Assembly (NCBI GenBank): GCA_051313645.2
Contig: JBNRSN020000118.1
Location: 1,302,001 to 1,366,000, forward strand
From: Centroscyllium fabricii
Taxonomy: Eukaryota
DNA: 64,000 bases
Reading direction: 5' to 3'
The notes beneath the pieces were generated by a model. It had not been told where the DNA came from. It saw only the letters and a list, made by a program, of their open reading frames with translations, and did no database searches. Numbering within the stretch: the stretch's first letter is position 1; the number at the start of each line of letters is the position of its first letter. A program made the translations under genes and the position numbers. Below, piece after piece: positions 31,650 to 48,000 of the stretch.

Positions 31650-34600
31650 TGTGGTGCACACTGTACAGATGTACATCTTGTTGTGGTGCACACTGTACAG
31701 ATGTTCATCTTGTTGTGGTGCACACTGTACAGATGTTCATCATGTTGTGGTGCACACTGTACAGATTTTCATCTTTGTTGTGGTGCCACTGTATAGATGT
31801 TCATCGTGTTTTGGTGCTCACTGTACAGATGTTCATCGTGTTGTGGTGCACACTGTACAGATGTTCATCTTGTTGTGTTGCACACTGTACAGTTATTCAT
31901 CTTGTTGTGGTGCACACTGTAAAGATGTTCATCATGTTGTGGTGCACACTGTACAGATGTTCCTCATGTTGTGGTGCACACTGTACAGATTTTCATCTTG
32001 TTGTGGTGCACACTGTACAGCTGTTCATCATGTTGTGGTGCAAACTGTGCAGATTTTATGTTGTGGTGCACATTATACAGATGTTCCACATGTTGTGGTG
32101 CACACTGTACAAATGTTCATCTTGTTGTGGTGCACACAGTACAGATGTGCATCATGCTGTAGTGCACACTGTACAGATGCTCATCATGTTGTGGTGCACA
32201 CTGTACAGATGTTCATCATGTTGTCTTTCACACTGTACAGATGTTCATCTTGTTGTGGTGCACAATGTACAGATGTTCATCATGTTCTGGTGCACACTGT
32301 ACAGATGTTCATCATGTTGTGGTGCACACTGTACAGATGTTCATCATGTTGTGGTGCACACTGTAGAGATGTTCATCATGTTGTGGTGCACACGGTACAG
32401 ATCTTCATCTTGTTGTGGTGTACACTGCACAGATGTTCATCTTGTTGTGGTGCACACTGTACATATGTTAATCTTGTTGTGGTGCATACTGTCCAGATGT
32501 TCATATTTTTGTGGTGCACACTGTAAAGATGTTCATCATGTTGTGGTGCACACTGTATAGATGTTCCTCATGTTGTGGTGAACACTGTACAGATGTTCAT
32601 CTTGTTGTGCTGCACACTGTACAGAATTTCATCCTGTTGTGGTGCACACTGTAGAGATTTTCATCATGTTGCGGTGAACACTGTACAGATGTTCAACGTG
32701 TTGTGGTGCACACTGTACAGATGTTCATCTTGTTGTAGTGCACACTTTACAGGTGTCCATCCTGTTATGGTGCACACTGTACAGATGTTCATCATGTTGT
32801 GTTGCACACATTTTACACATGTTCATCATGCTGTGGTGCACACTGTAAAGATGTTCATCTTGTTGTAATGCACACTGTAGAGATGTTCATCATGTTGTGG
32901 TGCACACTGTGCAGATGTTCATCTTGTTGTTGTGCACACTGTACAGATGTTAATCATGTTGTGGTGCACACTGTACAGATGTTCATTATGTTGTGGTGCA
33001 CACTGTACAGATTTTCATCTTGTTGTGGTGCCACTGTACAGATGTTCATCGTGTTGTGGTGCACACTGTACAGATGTTCATCATGTTGTGGTGCACACTG
33101 TACAGATGTTCATCCTGTTGTGGTGCACACTGCAAAGATGTTCTTCTTGTTGTGGTCCACACTGTATAGATGTCCATCATGTTGTGGTGCACACTTTACA
33201 GCTGTTCATCATGTTGTGTTGCACACTGTACAGATGTTAATCATGTTGTGGTGCACACTGTAAAGATGTTCTTCTTGTTGTGGTGCACACTGTACAGATG
33301 TTCATCTTGTTGTGGTGCACACTGTACAGATGTTCATCATGTTGTGGTGCACACTGTACAGATGTACATCTTGTTGTGGTGCACACTGTACAGATGTTCA
33401 TCTTGTTGTGGTGCACACTGTACAGATGGTCGTCATGTTGTGGTGCACACTGTACAGATTTTCATCTTTGTTGTGGTGCCACTGTATAGATGTTCATCGT
33501 GTTTTGGTGCTCACTGTACAGATGTTCATCGTGTGGTGGTGCACACTGTACAGATGTTCATCTTGTTGTGTTGCACACTGTACAGTTATTCATCTTGTTG
33601 TGGTGCACACTGTACAGATGTTCATCATGTTGTGGTGCACACTGTACAGATGTTCCTCATGTTGTGGTGCACACTGTACAGATTTTCATCTTGTTGTGGT
33701 GCACACTGTACAGCTGTTCATCATGTTGTGGTGCAAACTGTGCAGATTTTATGTTGTGGCGCACACTGTACAGATGTTCCTCATGTTGTGGTGCACACTG
33801 TACAAATGTTCATCTTGTTGTGGTGCACACAGTACAGATGTGCATCATGTTGTAGTGCACACTGTACGGATGCTCATCATGTTGTGGTGCACACTGTACA
33901 GATGTTCATCATGTTGTCTTTCACACTGTACAGATGTTCATCTTGTTGTGGTGCACAATGTACAGATGTTCATCATGTTCTGGTGCACACTGTACAGATG
34001 TTCATCATGTTGTGGTGCACACTGTACAGATGTTCATCATGTTGTGGTGCACACTGTAGAGATGTTCATCATGTTGTGGTGCACACGGTACAGATCTTCA
34101 TCTTGTTGTGGTGTACACTGCACAGATGTTCATCTTGTTGTGGTGCACACTGTACATATGTTAATCTTGTTGTGGTGCATACTGTCCAGATGTTCATATT
34201 TTTGTGGTGCACACTGTACAGATGTTCATCATGTTGTGGTGCACACTGTACAGATGTTCCTCATGTTGTGGTGCACACTGTACAGATGTTCATCTTGTTG
34301 TGCTGCACACTGTACAGATGTTCATCCTGTTGTGGTGCACACTGTAGAGATTTTCATCGTGTTGCGGTGAACACTGTACAGATGTTCAACGTGTTGTGGT
34401 GCACACTGTACAGATGTTCATCTTGTTGTAGTGCACACTTTACAGGTGTCCATCCTGTTATGGTGCACACTGTACAGATGTTCATCATGTTGTGTTGCAC
34501 ACATTTTACACATGTTCATCATGCTGTGGTGCACACTGTAAAGATGTTCATCTTGTTGTGGTGCACACTGTACAGATGTTCATCATGTTGTGGTGCACAT

Positions 34601-34793
34601 TGTGCAGATGTTCATCTTGTTGTTGTGCACACTGTACAGATGTTAATCATGTTGTGGTGCACACTGTACAGATGTTCATTATGTTGTGGTGCACACTGTA
34701 CAGATTTTCATCTTGTTGTGGTGCCACTGTACAGATGTTCATCGTGTTGTGGTGCACACTGTACAGATGTTCATCATGTTGTGGTGCACACTG
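31650..34793. repeat. Satellite segmental duplication, offset 1693 bp
   Basis: Rare variants TTTTGGTGCTCAC, TTGTCTTTCACAC and CACATTTTACAC each occur twice, 1693 bp apart (e.g. ORF starts 32799/34492). Boundaries are approximate. Confidence 0.85.
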
Positions 34794-37700
34794 TACAGAT
34801 GTGCATCATGTTGTGGTGCACACTGTACAGATGTTCATCTTGTTGTGGTGCACAAAGTACAGATGTTCATCGTGTTGTGGTGCACACTGTACAGATGTTC
34901 ATCATGTTGTGGTGCACACTGTACAGATGTTCATCTTTTTGTGGTGCACACTGTACAGATGTTCATCATGTTGTGGTGCACACTGTACAGATGTTCCTCA
35001 TGTTGTGGTTCACACTGTACAGATGTTCATCTTGTTGTGGTGCACACTGGGCAGATGTTCATCCTGTTGTGGTGCACACTGTAGAGATGTTCATCATGTT
35101 GCGGTGCACACTGTACAGATGTTCAACGTGTTGTGGTGCACACTGTACAGATGTCCATCTTGTTGTAGTGCACACTTTACAGGTGTCCATCCTGTTATGG
35201 TGCGCACTGTACAGATGTTCATCATGTTGTGGTGCACACTGTACACATGTTCATCATGTTGTGGTGCACACTGTAAAGATGTTCATCTTGTTGTAATGCA
35301 CACTGTACAGATGTTCATCATGTTGTGGTGCACACTGTATAGATGTCCATCATGTTGTGGTGCACACTGTACAGCTGTTCATCATGTTGCGTTGCACACT
35401 GTACAGATGTTCATCATGTTGTGGTGCACACTGTAAAGATGTTCTTCTTGTTGTGGTGCGCACTGTACAGATGTTCATCTTGTTGTGGTGCACACTGTAC
35501 AGATGTTCATCATGTTGTGGTGCACATTGTACAGATGTTCATCTTTTGTGGTGCACACTGTACAGATGTTCATCTTGTTGTGTTGCACACTGTACAGATG
35601 TTCACCTTGTTGTGGTGCACACTGTACAGATGTTCATCATGTTGTGGTGCACACTGTACAGATGTTCCTCATGTTGTGGTGCACACTGTACAGATTTTCA
35701 TCATGTTGTGGTGCACACTGTACAGATGTTTCTCATGTTGTGGTGCACACTGTACAAATGTTCATTTTGCTGTGGTGCACACTGTACAGATGTTCATCAT
35801 GTCGTGGTGCACACAGTACAGATGTGCATCATGTTGTGGTGCACACTGTACAGATGCTCATCATGTTGTGGTGCACACTGTACAGATGTTCATCATGTTG
35901 TGGTGCACACAGTACAGATGTTCATCTTGTTGTGGTGCACAATGTACAGATGTTCATCATGTTCTGGTGCACACTGTACAGATGTTCATCATGTTGTGGT
36001 GCACACTGTACAGATGTTCATCATGTTGTGGTGCACACTGTAGAGATGTTCATCATGTTGTGGTGCACACGGTACAGATCTTCATCTTGTTGTGGTGTAC
36101 ACTGCACAGATATTCATCTTGTTGTGGTGCACACTGTACAGATGTTAATATTGTTGTGGTGCACACAGTCCAGATGTTCATATATTTGTGGTGCACACTG
36201 TACAGATGTTCATCGTGTTGTGGTGCATTGTGTACAGATGTTCCTCATGTTGTGGTGCACACTGTACAGATGTTCATCTTGTTGTGCTGCACACTGTACA
36301 GATGTTCATCCTGTTGTGGTGCACACTGTAGAGATGTTCATCCTGTTGCTGTGCAAACTGTACAGATGTTCAACGTGTTGTGGTGCACACTGTACAGATG
36401 TTCATCTTGTTGTAGTGCACACTTTACAGGTTTCCATCCTGTTATGGTGCACACTGTACAGATGTTCATCATGTTGTGGTGCACACTGTACACATGTTCA
36501 TCATGTTGTGGTGCACATTGTAAAGATGTTCATCTTGTTGTAATGCACACTGTACAGATGTTCATCATGTTGTGGTGCACACTGTACAGATGTTCACCTT
36601 GTTGTGGTGCACACTGTACAGATGTTAATCTTGTTGTGGTGCACACTGTACAGATGTTCATTATGTTGTGGTGCACACTGTACAGATGTTCATCTTGTTG
36701 TGGTGCCACTGTACAGATGTACATCGTGTTGTGGTGCACACTGTACAGATGTTCATCATTGTGGTGCACACTGTACAGATGTGCATCATGTTGTGGTGCA
36801 CACTGTACAGATGTTCATCTTGTTGTGGTGCACACTGCACAGATGTTAATCTTGTTGTGGTGCACACTGTCCAGATGTTCATCTTTTTGTGGTGCACACT
36901 GTACAGATGTTCATCATGTTGTGGTGCACACTGTACAGATGTTCCTCATGTTGTGGAGCACACTGTACAGATGTTCATCTTGTTGTGGTGCACACTGTGC
37001 AGATGTTCATCCTGTTGTGGTGCACACTGTAGAGATGTTCATCATGTTGCGGTGCACACTGTACAGATGTTCAACGTGTTGTGGTGCACACTGTACAGAT
37101 GTTCATCTTGTTGTAGTGCACACTTTACAGGTGTCCATCCTGTTATGGTGCACACTGTACAGATGTTCATCATGTTGTGGTGCACACTGTACACATGTTC
37201 ATCATGTTGTGGTGCACACTGTAAAGATGTTCATCTTGTTGTAATGCACAGTGTACAGATGTTCATCATGTTGTGGTGCACACTGTATAGATGTCGATCA
37301 TGTTGTGGTGCACACTGTGCAGCTGTTCATCATGTTGTGTTGCACACTGTACAGATGTTCATCATGTTGTGGTGCACACTGTAAAGATGTCCTTCTTGTT
37401 GTGGTGCACACTGTACAGATGTTCATCTTGTTGTGGTGCACACTGTACAGATGTTCATCATGTTGTGGTGCACACTGTACAGATGTTCATATTTTGTGGT
37501 GCACACTGTACAGATGTTCATCTTGTTGTGGTGCACACTGTACAGATGTTCATCATGTTGTGGTGCACACTGTACAGATTTTCATCTTTGTTGTGGTGCC
37601 ACTGTATAGATGTTCATCGTGTTGTGGTGCACACTGTACAGATGTTCATCGTGTTGTGGTGCACACTGTACAGATGTTCATCTTGTTGTGGTGCACACTG

Positions 37701-40489
37701 CACAGATGTTCATCATGTTGTGGTGCACACTGTACAGATGTTCCTCATGTTGTGGTGCACACTGTACAGATTTTCATCTTGTTGTGGTGCACACTGTACA
37801 GCTGTTCATCACGTTGTGGTGCACACTGTGCAGATTTTATGTTGTGGTGCACACTGTACAGATGTTCCTCATGTTGTGCTGCAAACTGTACAAATGTTCA
37901 ACTTGTTGTGGTGCACACTGTACTGATGTTCATCATGTTGTGGTGCACACTGTACAGATGCTGATCATGTTGTGGTGCACACTGTACAGATGTTCATCAT
38001 GTTGTGTTGCACACTGTACAGATGTTCATCATGTTGTGGTGCACACTGTAATGATGTTCTTCTTTTTGTGGTGCACACTGTACAGATGTTCATCTTGTTG
38101 TGGTGCACACTGTACAGATGTTCATCATGTTGTGGTGCACACTGTACAGATTTTCATCTTTGTTGTGGTGCCACTGTATAGATGTTCATCGTGTTGTGGT
38201 GCACACTGTACAGATGTTCATCGTGTTGTTGGGCACACTGTACAGATGTTCATCTTGTTGTGGTGCACACTGTACAGATGTTCATCTTGTTGTGGTGCAC
38301 ACTGTACAGATGTTCATCATGTTGTGGTGCACACTGTACAGATGTTCCTCATGTTGTGGTGCACACTGTACAGATTTTCATCTTGTTGTGGTGCACACTT
38401 TACAGCTGTTCATCATGTTGTTGTGCACACTGTGCAGATTTTATATTGTGGTGCACACTGTAGAGATGTTCATCATGTTGTGGTGCACATGGTACAGATC
38501 TTCATCTTGTTGTGGTGTACACTGCACAGATCTTCATCTTGTTGTGGTGTACACTGCACAGACGTTCATCTAGTTGTGTTGCACACTGTACAGATGTTAA
38601 TCTTGTTGTGGTGCACACTGTCCAGATGTTCATCTTTTTGTGGTGCACACTGTGCAGATGTTCATCATGTTGTGGTGCACACTGTACAGATGTTCATATT
38701 TTGGGGTGCACACTGTACAGATGTTCATCTTGTTGTGGTGCACACTGTACAGATGTTCATCATGTTGTGGTGCACACTGTACAGATTTTCATCTTTGTTG
38801 TGGTGCCACTGTATAGATGTTCATCGTGTTGTGGTGCACACTGTACAGATGTTCATCGTGTTGTGGTGCACACTGTACAGATGTTCATCTTGTTGTTGTG
38901 CACACTTTACAGATGTTCATCTTGTTGTGGTGCACACTGTACAGATGTTCATCATGTTGTGGTGCACACTGTGCAGATTTTATGTTGTGGTGCACACTGT
39001 ACAGATGTTCCTCATGTTGTGGTGCACACTGTACAGATTTTCATCTTGTTGTGGTGCACACTGTACAGCTGTTCATCATGTTGTGGTGCACACTGTGCAG
39101 ATTTTATGTTGTGGTGCACACTGTACAGATGTTCCTCATATTGTGCTGCACACTGTACAAATGTTCAACTTGTTGTCGTGCACACTGTACTGATGTTCAT
39201 CATGTTGTGGTGCACACAGTACAGATGTGCATCATGTTGTGGTGCACACTGTACAGATGCTCATCATGTTGTGGTGCACACTGTACAGATGTTCATCATG
39301 TTGTGTTGCACACTGTACAGATGTTCATCATGTTGTGGTGCACACTGTAATGATGTTCTTCTTGTTGTGGTTCACACTGTACAGATGTTTATCTTTGTTG
39401 TGGTGCCACTGTATAGATGTTCATCGTGTTGTGTTGCACACTGTACAGATGTTCATCGTGTTGTGGTGCACACTGTACAGATGTTCATCTTGTTGTGGTG
39501 CACACTGTACAGATGTGCATCTTGTTGTGGTGCACACTGTACAGATGTGCATCTTGTTGTGGTGCACACTGTACAGATGTTCATCATGTTGTGGTGCACA
39601 CTGTACAGATGTTCCTCATGTTGTGGTGCACACTGTACAAATGTTCATCTTGTTGTGGTGCACACTGTACAGATGTTCATCATGTTGTGGTGCACACAGT
39701 ACAGATGTGCATCATGTTGTGGTGCACACTGTACAGATGCTCATCATGTTGTGGTGCACACTGTACAGATGTTCATCATGTTGTGGTGCACACTGTACAG
39801 ATGTTCATCTTGTTGTGGTGCACAATGTACAGATGTTCATCATGTTCTCGTGCACACTTTACAGATGTTCATCATGTTGTGGTGCACACTGTATAGATGT
39901 TAATCATGTTGTGGTGCACACTGTAGAGATGTTCATCATGTTGTGGTGCACATGGTACAGATCTTCATCTTGTTGTGGTGTACACTGCACAGACGTTCAT
40001 CTAGTTGTGTTGCACACTGTACAGATGTTAATCTTGTTGTGGTGCACACTGTCCAGATGTTCATCTTTTTGTGGTGCACACTGTACTGATGTTCATCATG
40101 TTGTGGTGCACACTGTACAGATGTTCCTCATGTTGTGGTGCACATTGTACAGATGTGCATCTTGTTGTGCTGCACACTGTACAGATGTTCATCCTGTTGT
40201 GGTGCACACTGTAGAGATGTTCATCATGTTGCGGTGCACACTGTACAGATGTTCAACGTGTTGTGCTGCACACTGTACAGATGTTCATCTTGTTGTAGTG
40301 CACATTTTACAGGTGTCCATCCTGTTATGGTGCACACTGTACAGATGTTCATCATGTTGTGGTGCACACTGTACACATGTTCATCATGTTGTGGTGCACA
40401 CTGTAAAGATGTTCATCTTGTTGTCATGCACACTGTACAGATGTTCATCATGTTGTGGTGCACACTGTATAGATGTCCATCATGTTGTG

Positions 40490-43400
40490 GTGCACACTGT
40501 ACAGCTGTTCATCATGTTGTATTGCACACTGTACAGATGTTCATCATGTTGTGGTGCACACTGTAAAGATGTTCATCTTGTTGTTGTGCACACTGTACAG
40601 ATGTTCATCATGTTGTGGTGCACACTGTACAGATGTTCATCTTGTTGTGGTGCACACTGTACAGATGTTCATCTTGTTGTGGTGCACACTGTACAGATGT
40701 TCATCATGTTGTGGTGCACACTGTACAGATGTTCATCTTGTTGTGGTGCACAATGTATAGATGTCCATCATGTTGTGGTGCACACTGTACAGCTGTTCAC
40801 CATGTTGTGTTGCACACTGTACAGATGTTCAACGGGTTGTGGTGCACACTGTACAGATGTTCATCTTGTTGTAGTGCACACTTTACAGGTGTCCATCCTG
40901 TTATGGTGCACACTGTAGAGATGTTCATCTTGTTGTGGTGCACACTGTACAGATGTTAATCTTGTTGTGGTGCACACTGTCCAGATGTTCATCTTTTTGT
41001 GGTGCACACTGTACTGATGTTCATCATGTTGTGGTGCACACTGTACAGATGTTCCTCATGTTGTGGTGCACACTGTACAGATGTTCATCTTGTTGTGCTG
41101 CACACTGTACAGATGTTCATCCTGTTGTGGTGCACACTGTAGAAATGTTCATCATGTTGCGATGCACACTGTACAGATGTTCAACGTGTTGTGGTGCACA
41201 CTGTACAGATGTTCATCTTGTTGTAGTGCACACTTTGCAGGTGTCCATCCTGTTATGGTGCACACTGTACAGATGTTCATCATGTTGTGGTGCACACTGT
41301 ACACATGTTCATCATGTTGTGGTGCACACTGTAAATATGTTCATCTTGTTGTAATGCACACTGTACAGATGTTCATCATGTTGTGGTGCACACTGTATAG
41401 ATGTCCATCATGTTGTGGTGCACACTGTACAGCTGTTCATCATGTTGTGTTGCACACTGTACAGATGTTCACAATGTTGTGGTGCACACTGTAAAGATGT
41501 TCATCTTGTTGTGGTGCACACTGTACAGATGTTCATCTTGTTGTGGTGCACACTGTACAGATGTTCATCATGTTGTGGTGCACACTGTAAATATGTTCAT
41601 TTTGTTGTAATGCACACTGTACAGATGTTCATCATGTTGTGGTGCACACTGTATAGATGTCCATCATGTTGTGGTGCACACTGTACTGATGTTCATCTTG
41701 TTGTAGTGCACACTTTACAGGTGTCCATCCTGTTATGGTGCACACTGTACAGATGTTCATCATGTTGTGGTGCACACTGTACACATGTTCATCATGTTGT
41801 GGTGCACACTGTAAATATGTTCATCTTGTTGTAATGCACACTGTACAGATGTTCATCATGTTGTGATGCACACTGTATAGATGTCCATCATGTTGTGGTG
41901 CACGCTGTACAGCTGTTCATCATGTTGTGTTGCACACTGTACAGATTATCATCATGTTGTGGTGCACACTGTAAAGATGTTCATCTTGTTGTGGTGCACA
42001 CTGTACAGATGTTCATCTTGTTGTGGTGCACACTGTACAGATGTTCATCATGTTGTAGTGCACACTGTACAGATGTTCAGCTTGTTGTGGTGCACACTGT
42101 ACAAATGTTCATCATGTTGTGGTGCACACTGTACAGATATTCATCATGTTGTGGTGCACACTGTACAGATTTTCATCTTGTTGTGGTGCCACTGTATAGA
42201 TGATCATCGTGTTGTGGTGCACACTGTACAGATGTTCATCGTGTTGTGGTGCACACTGTACAGATGTTCATCATGTTGTGGTGCACACTGTACAGATTTT
42301 CTTCATGATGTGGTGCACACTGTACAGATTTTCATCTTGTTGTGGTGCACACTGTACAGCTGTTCATCATGTTGTTGTGCAGAATGTGCAGATTTTATGT
42401 TGTGGTGCACACTGTACAGATGTTCCTCATGTTGTGGTGCACACTGTACAAATGTTCATCTTGTTGTGGTGCACACTGTACAGATGTTCATCATGTTGTC
42501 GTGCACACTGGACAGATGTTCATCATGTTGTGGTGCACACTGAACAAATGTTCATCTTGTTGTGGTGCACACTGTACAGATGTTCATCATGTTGTCGTGC
42601 ACACTGGACAGATGTTCATCATGTTGTGGTGCACACTATAAAGATGTTCATCTTGTTGTGGTGCACACTGCACAGATGTTCATCTTGTTGTGGTGCACAC
42701 TGTACAGATGTTCATCATGTTGTGGTGCACACTGTACAGCTGTTCATCATGTTGTATTGCACACTGTACAGATGTTCATCATGTTGTGGTGCACACTGTA
42801 AAGATGTTCATCTTGTTGTGGTGCACACTGTACAGATGTTCATCTTGTTGTTGTGCACACTGTACAGATGTTCATCATGTTGTGGTGCACACTGTACAGA
42901 TGTTCATCTTGTTGTGGTGCACACTGTACAGATGTTCATCTTGTTGTGGTGCACACTGTACAGATGTTCATCATGTTGTGGTGCACACTGTACAGATGTT
43001 CATCTTGTTGTGGTGCACAATGTATAGATGTCCATCATGTTGTGGTGCACACTGTACAGCTGTTCACCATGTTGTGTTGCACACTGTACAGATGTTCAAC
43101 GGGTTGTGGTGCACACTGTACAGATGTTCATCTTGTTGTAGTGCACACTTTACAGGTGTCCATCCTGTTATGGTGCACACTGTAGAGATGTTCATCTTGT
43201 TGTGGTGCACACTGTACAGATGTTAATCTTGTTGTGGTGCACACTGTCCAGATGTTCATCTTTTTGTGGTGCACACTGTACTGATGTTCATCATGTTGTG
43301 GTGCACACTGTACAGATGTTCCTCATGTTGTGGTGCACACTGTACAGATGTTCATCTTGTTGTGCTGCACACTGTACAGATGTTCATCCTGTTGTGGTGC

Positions 43401-45000
43401 ACACTGTAGAAATGTTCATCATGTTGCGATGCACACTGTACAGATGTTCAACGTGTTGTGGTGCACACTGTACAGATGTTCATCTTGTTGTAGTGCACAC
43501 TTTGCAGGTGTCCATCCTGTTATGGTGCACACTGTACAGATGTTCATCATGTTGTGGTGCACACTGTACACATGTTCATCATGTTGTGGTGCACACTGTA
43601 AATATGTTCATCTTGTTGTAATGCACACTGTACAGATGTTCATCATGTTGTGGTGCACACTGTATAGATGTCCATCATGTTGTGGTGCACACTGTACAGC
43701 TGTTCATCATGTTGTGTTGCACACTGTACAGATGTTCACAATGTTGTGGTGCACACTGTAAAGATGTTCATCTTGTTGTGGTGCACACTGTACAGATGTT
43801 CATCTTGTTGTGGTGCACACTGTACAGATGTTCATCATGTTGTGGTGCACACTGTAAATATGTTCATTTTGTTGTAATGCACACTGTACAGATGTTCATC
43901 ATGTTGTGGTGCACACTGTATAGATGTCCATCATGTTGTGGTGCACACTGTACTGATGTTCATCTTGTTGTAGTGCACACTTTACAGGTGTCCATCCTGT
44001 TATGGTGCACACTGTACAGATGTTCATCATGTTGTGGTGCACACTGTACACATGTTCATCATGTTGTGGTGCACACTGTAAATATGTTCATCTTGTTGTA
44101 ATGCACACTGTACAGATGTTCATCATGTTGTGATGCACACTGTATAGATGTCCATCATGTTGTGGTGCACACTGTACAGCTGTTCATCATGTTGTGTTGC
44201 ACACTGTACAGATTATCATCATGTTGTGGTGCACACTGTAAAGATGTTCATCTTGTTGTGGTGCACACTGTACAGATGTTCATCTTGTTGTGGTGCACAC
44301 TGTACAGATGTTCATCATGTTGTAGTGCACACTGTACAGATGTTCAGCTTGTTGTGGTGCACACTGTACAAATGTTCATCATGTTGTGGTGCACACTGTA
44401 CAGATATTCATCATGTTGTGGTGCACACTGTACAGATTTTCATCTTGTTGTGGTGCCACTGTATAGATGATCATCGTGTTGTGGTGCACACTGTACAGAT
44501 GTTCATCGTGTTGTGGTGCACACTGTACAGATGTTCATCATGTTGTGGTGCACACTGTACAGATTTTCTTCATGATGTGGTGCACACTGTACAGATTTTC
44601 ATCTTGTTGTGGTGCACACTGTACAGCTGTTCATCATGTTGTTGTGCAGAATGTGCAGATTTTATGTTGTGGTGCACACTGTACAGATGTTCCTCATGTT
44701 GTGGTGCACACTGTACAAATGTTCATCTTGTTGTGGTGCACACTGTACAGATGTTCATCATGTTGTCGTGCACACTGGACAGATGTTCATCATGTTGTGG
44801 TGCACACTGAACAAATGTTCATCTTGTTGTGGTGCACACTGTACAGATGTTCATCATGTTGTCGTGCACACTGGACAGATGTTCATCATGTTGTGGTGCA
44901 CACTATAAAGATGTTCATCTTGTTGTGGTGCACACTGCACAGATGTTCATCTTGTTGTGGTGCACACTGTACAGATGTTCATCATGTTGTGGTGCACACT
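40490..45000. repeat. Satellite tandem duplication, period 2267 bp (2 near-identical copies)
   Basis: ORF landmarks 40935/43202, 41401/43668, 41881/44148, 42200/44467 and 42562/44829 are all offset by 2267, with near-identical translations. Confidence 0.92.
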
Positions 45001-48000
45001 GTACAGATAATCATCTTGTTGTGGTGCACAATGTATAGATGTTCATCATGTTGAGGTGCACACTGTACATATGTTCATCATGTTGTGTTGCACAATGTAC
45101 AGATTTTATTCATGTTGTGGTGCACACTGTACAGATGTTCATCATGTTGTGGTGCACACTGTACAGATGTTCATCATGTTGAGGTGCACACTGTACATAT
45201 GTTCATCATGTTGTGGTGCACAATGTACAGATTTTATTCATGTTGTGGTGCACACTGTACAGATATTCATCATGTTGTGGTGCACACTGTACAGATGTTC
45301 ATCATGCTGTGGTGCACACTGTACAAATGTTCATCGTGTTGTGGAGCACACTGTACAGATGTTCATCATGTTGTCGTGCAGACTGTACAGAAATTCATCA
45401 TGTTGTGGTGCACACTGTACAGATGTTCATCATGTTGTCGTGCACACTGTACAGATGTTCATCTTGCTGTGTTGCACACTGTACAGATGTTCATCATGTT
45501 GTGGTGCACACTGTACAGATGTTCATCATGTTGTGGTGCACACTGTACAGATGTTCATCTTGTTGTGGTCCACACTGTACAGATGTTCATCATGTTGTGG
45601 TGCACACTGTACAGATGTTTATCTTGTTGTGGTGCACACTGTACAGATGTTCATCTTGTTGTGGTGCACAATGTACAGATGTTCATCTTGTTGTGGTGCA
45701 CACGGTAAAAATGTTCATCATGTTGTGGTGCACACTGTACAGATGTTCATCATGTTGTGTTGCACACTGTAGAGATGTTCATCTTGTTGTGGTGCAAACT
45801 GTACAGATGTTCATCATGTTGTGTTGCACACTGTACAGATGTTCATCATGTTGTGGTGCACACTGTCAAGATGTTCATCTTGTTGTGGTGCACACTTTAC
45901 AGATGTTCATCTTGTTGTGGTGCACACTGTTCAGATGTTCATCATGTTGTGGTGCACACAGTACAAATGTTCATCATGTTGTGGAGCACACTGTACAGAT
46001 GTTCGTCATGTTGTCGTGCAGACTGTACAGAAATTCATCATGTTGTGGTGCATACTGGACACATGTTCATCATGTTGTCGTGCACACTGTACAGATGTTC
46101 ATCTTGTTGTGGTGCACACTGTACAGATGTTTATCATGTTGTGGTGCACACTGTACAGATGTTCATCATGTTGTGGTGCACAATGTACAGATGTTTATCT
46201 TGTTGTGGTGCACACTGTACAGATGTTCAACATGTTGTGGTGCACACTGTACAGATGTTCATCATGTGGTGGTGCACACTGTACAGATGTTCGTCTTGTT
46301 GTGGAGCACACTATACAGATGTTCATCATGTTGTGGTGCACAATGTACAGATTTTCATCATGTTGTTGTGCACACTGTACAGATGTTCATCTTGTTGTGG
46401 TGCACACTGTACAGATGTTCATCATGTTGTAGTGAACACTGGAAAGATATTCATCATGTTGTGTTGCACACTGTAAGATGTTCATCTTGTTGTGGTGCAC
46501 ACTGTACAGATGTTCATCTTGTTGTGGTGCACACTGTACAGATGTTCATCATGTTGTGGTGCTCACTGTACAGATCTTCATCTTGTTGTGGTGTACACTG
46601 TGCAGATGTTCATCATGTTGTGGTGCACAGTGTACAGATGTTCATCATGTTGTGGTGCACACTGTACAGATGTTCGTCTTGTTGTGCTGCACACTGTACA
46701 GATGTTCATCATGTTGTGGTGCACAATGTACAGATTTTAATCTTGTTGTTTTACACACTGTACAGATGTTCATCTTGTTGTGGTGCACACTGTACAGATG
46801 TTCACCATGTTGTGGTGCACAATGTACAGATGTTCATCATGTTGTGGTGCACACTGTACAGATGTTCATCATGTTGTCGTGCAGACTGTACAGAAATTCA
46901 TCATGTTGTGGTGCACACTGTACAGATATTCATCATGTTGTGGTGCACACTGTACAGATGTTCATCTTGTTGTGGTGCACACTGAACAGATGTTCATCAT
47001 ATTGTGGTGCACACTGTACACATGTTCATCATGTTGTGGTGCACACTGTACAGATGTTCATCTTGTTGTTGTACACACTGTACAGATGTTCATCATGTTG
47101 TGGTTCACACTGTACAGATGTTCATCTTGTTGAGGTGCACATTGTACAGATGTTCATCATGTTGTGGTGCACACTGTACAGATGTTCGTCTTGTTGTGGT
47201 TCACACTGTACAGATGTTCATCTTGTTGTGGTGCACACTGTACAGATGTTCATCGTGTTGTGGTGCACACTGTACAGATGTTCATCATGTTGTGGTGCAC
47301 ACTGTACAGATGTTAATCTTGTTGTGGTGCACACTGTACAGATGTGCATCTTGTTGTGGTGCACACTGTACAGATGTTCATCTTGTTGTAGTGCACACTG
47401 TACAGATGTTCATCATGTTGCGGTGCACACTGTGCAGATGTTCATCTTGTTGAGGTGCACACTGTACAGATGTTCATCTTGTTGTAGTGCACACTGTACA
47501 GATGTTCATCATGTTGTGGTGAACACTGTACAGATATTCATCATGCTGTGGTGCACACTGTACAGATGTACATCATGTTGTGGTGCACAATGTACAGATG
47601 TTCATCTTGTTGTGGTGCACACTGTACAGATGGTCATCATGTTGTGGTGCACACTGTACAGATGTTCATCATGTTGTGGTGCACAATGTACAGATGTTCA
47701 TCTCGTTGTGGTGCAAACTGTACAGATGTTCATCATGTTGTGGTGCACATTGTACAGATGTTCATCATGTGGTGGTGCACACTGTACAGATGTTCGTCTT
47801 GTTGTGGAGCACACTGTACAGATGTTCATCATGTTGTGGTGCACAATGTACAGATTTTCATCATGTTGTTGTGCACACTGTACAGATGTTCATCATGTTG
47901 TAGTGAACACTGGACAGATGTTCATCATGTTGTGTTGCACACTGTAAGATGTTCATCTTGTTGTGGTGCACACTGTACAGATGTTCATCTTGTTGTGGTG